Source of the DNA: a virus
Taxonomy: Duplodnaviria > Caudoviricetes
Strand: one strand, 5' to 3'
Virus record (IMG/VR): IMGVR_UViG_3300043111_000061
Location: 1 to 57,549 of that record
DNA length: 57,549 nucleotides
Below the pieces are notes generated by a model, which was given only the letters and a program-made list of their open reading frames with translations, did not search any database and was not told the origin of the DNA. The position numbers and the translations under genes were made by a program. Positions 56,995 to 57,549 of the stretch are shown in pieces (position 1 is the stretch's first letter; every line of letters starts with the position of its first letter).

Positions 56995-57374
56995 TTAATA
57001 TGAATTATTTAAATATTTTATTTTTTTATAAAAATATTAATATTGTATAATCTTTATTAAATCTAATTTTTTCTTTTTTGGTCCCTTTTTTCTTTGGTTA
57101 AAATAGCTAACGAATGTAATGAGTTAATCCTTGATAAGAGATAAGAGATAAATACTAAGTAATAAGAATAAATAAGAAATAGAAAAATAAATACATACTA
57201 AACATAAACCTTAAAGACGTTAAGTCGAGGGCCCCCTGGGCCCTTGAGTACTTTTATTTTATGCGTACTATAAAATAATCAATAAGAATAATAAATTAAC
57301 TGTTAAGAATAATGATCATATATTAATAGAGAAATAAAAACATAATACATATATAACTTAAAAGGATAAATATC

Positions 57375-57549
57375 ATGGTTAAGGTTAACTGTACTTCTAC
57401 AATAACTGATGAAGCTCTGTATAAGTTAAATCCATATGATGACAATTTAACTAAAGAAGAAAAAATAGCTATAATAGAAAAATGTAAATCAGATCCAACA
57501 TACTTTATGGAACATGTACTATTTAAAGAAAGAGGAAAGATAGAAGTTA
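57375..57549 (+). CDS. Partial ORF homologous to the terminase large subunit N-terminal segment
   Basis: AAGGA RBS; MVKVNCTSTITDEALYKLNPYDDNLTKEEKIAIIEKCKSDPTYFMEHVLFKERGKIEV...; open to the window end. Confidence 0.7.
   Translation, partial: MVKVNCTSTITDEALYKLNPYDDNLTKEEKIAIIEKCKSDPTYFMEHVLFKERGKIEV

Noticed and set aside
1-57549. Stop-codon reassignment, tRNAs, introns or inteins
   Set aside because: Core genes are full-length in the standard code and use TAA, TAG and TGA stops; no cloverleaf or intein motifs noticed; TerL, helicase and ligase lengths are normal. tRNAscan was not run.

Overview
This 57.5 kb, low-GC (about 30% by eye) window is part of a phiKZ-like jumbo phage genome (probably a nucleus-forming Chimalliviridae-type phage; chimallin itself is not visible here). 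Core genes recognised from protein motifs are the major capsid protein, terminase large subunit, phiKZ gp175-type head maturation protease, PhuZ tubulin, DnaB-like helicase, UvsX/RecA-like recombinase, one half of a split family-B DNA polymerase, RuvC, SbcC/Rad50, NAD-dependent ligase, dUTPase and thymidylate kinase. There are also several tail-fibre/structural genes and accessory genes (macrodomain, SLOG, DHH, GNAT, AbrB, HExxH peptidase, lipoprotein). About 10 intergenic copies of a phiKZ-type early promoter core (TATATTAC, all on the minus strand) and about 18 long intergenic hairpins outline the transcription units. The best novelty candidates are: (1) a ~250-nt GC-rich, multi-hairpin non-coding RNA with its own early promoter and terminator (43155-43408, minus); (2) a two-domain ClpP protein with an active first domain and a catalytically dead second domain, joined by a linker with head-protease-type cleavage motifs and lying between the head protease and terminase genes; (3) a second ORF at the window end resembling the terminase N-terminus, next to an AT-rich region with a DNA-type GNA/tandem-GA hairpin; (4) three pairs of paralogous fibre genes in which one copy carries a large internal insertion. 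All calls come from reading the sequence and recalling family motifs; no searches were run.
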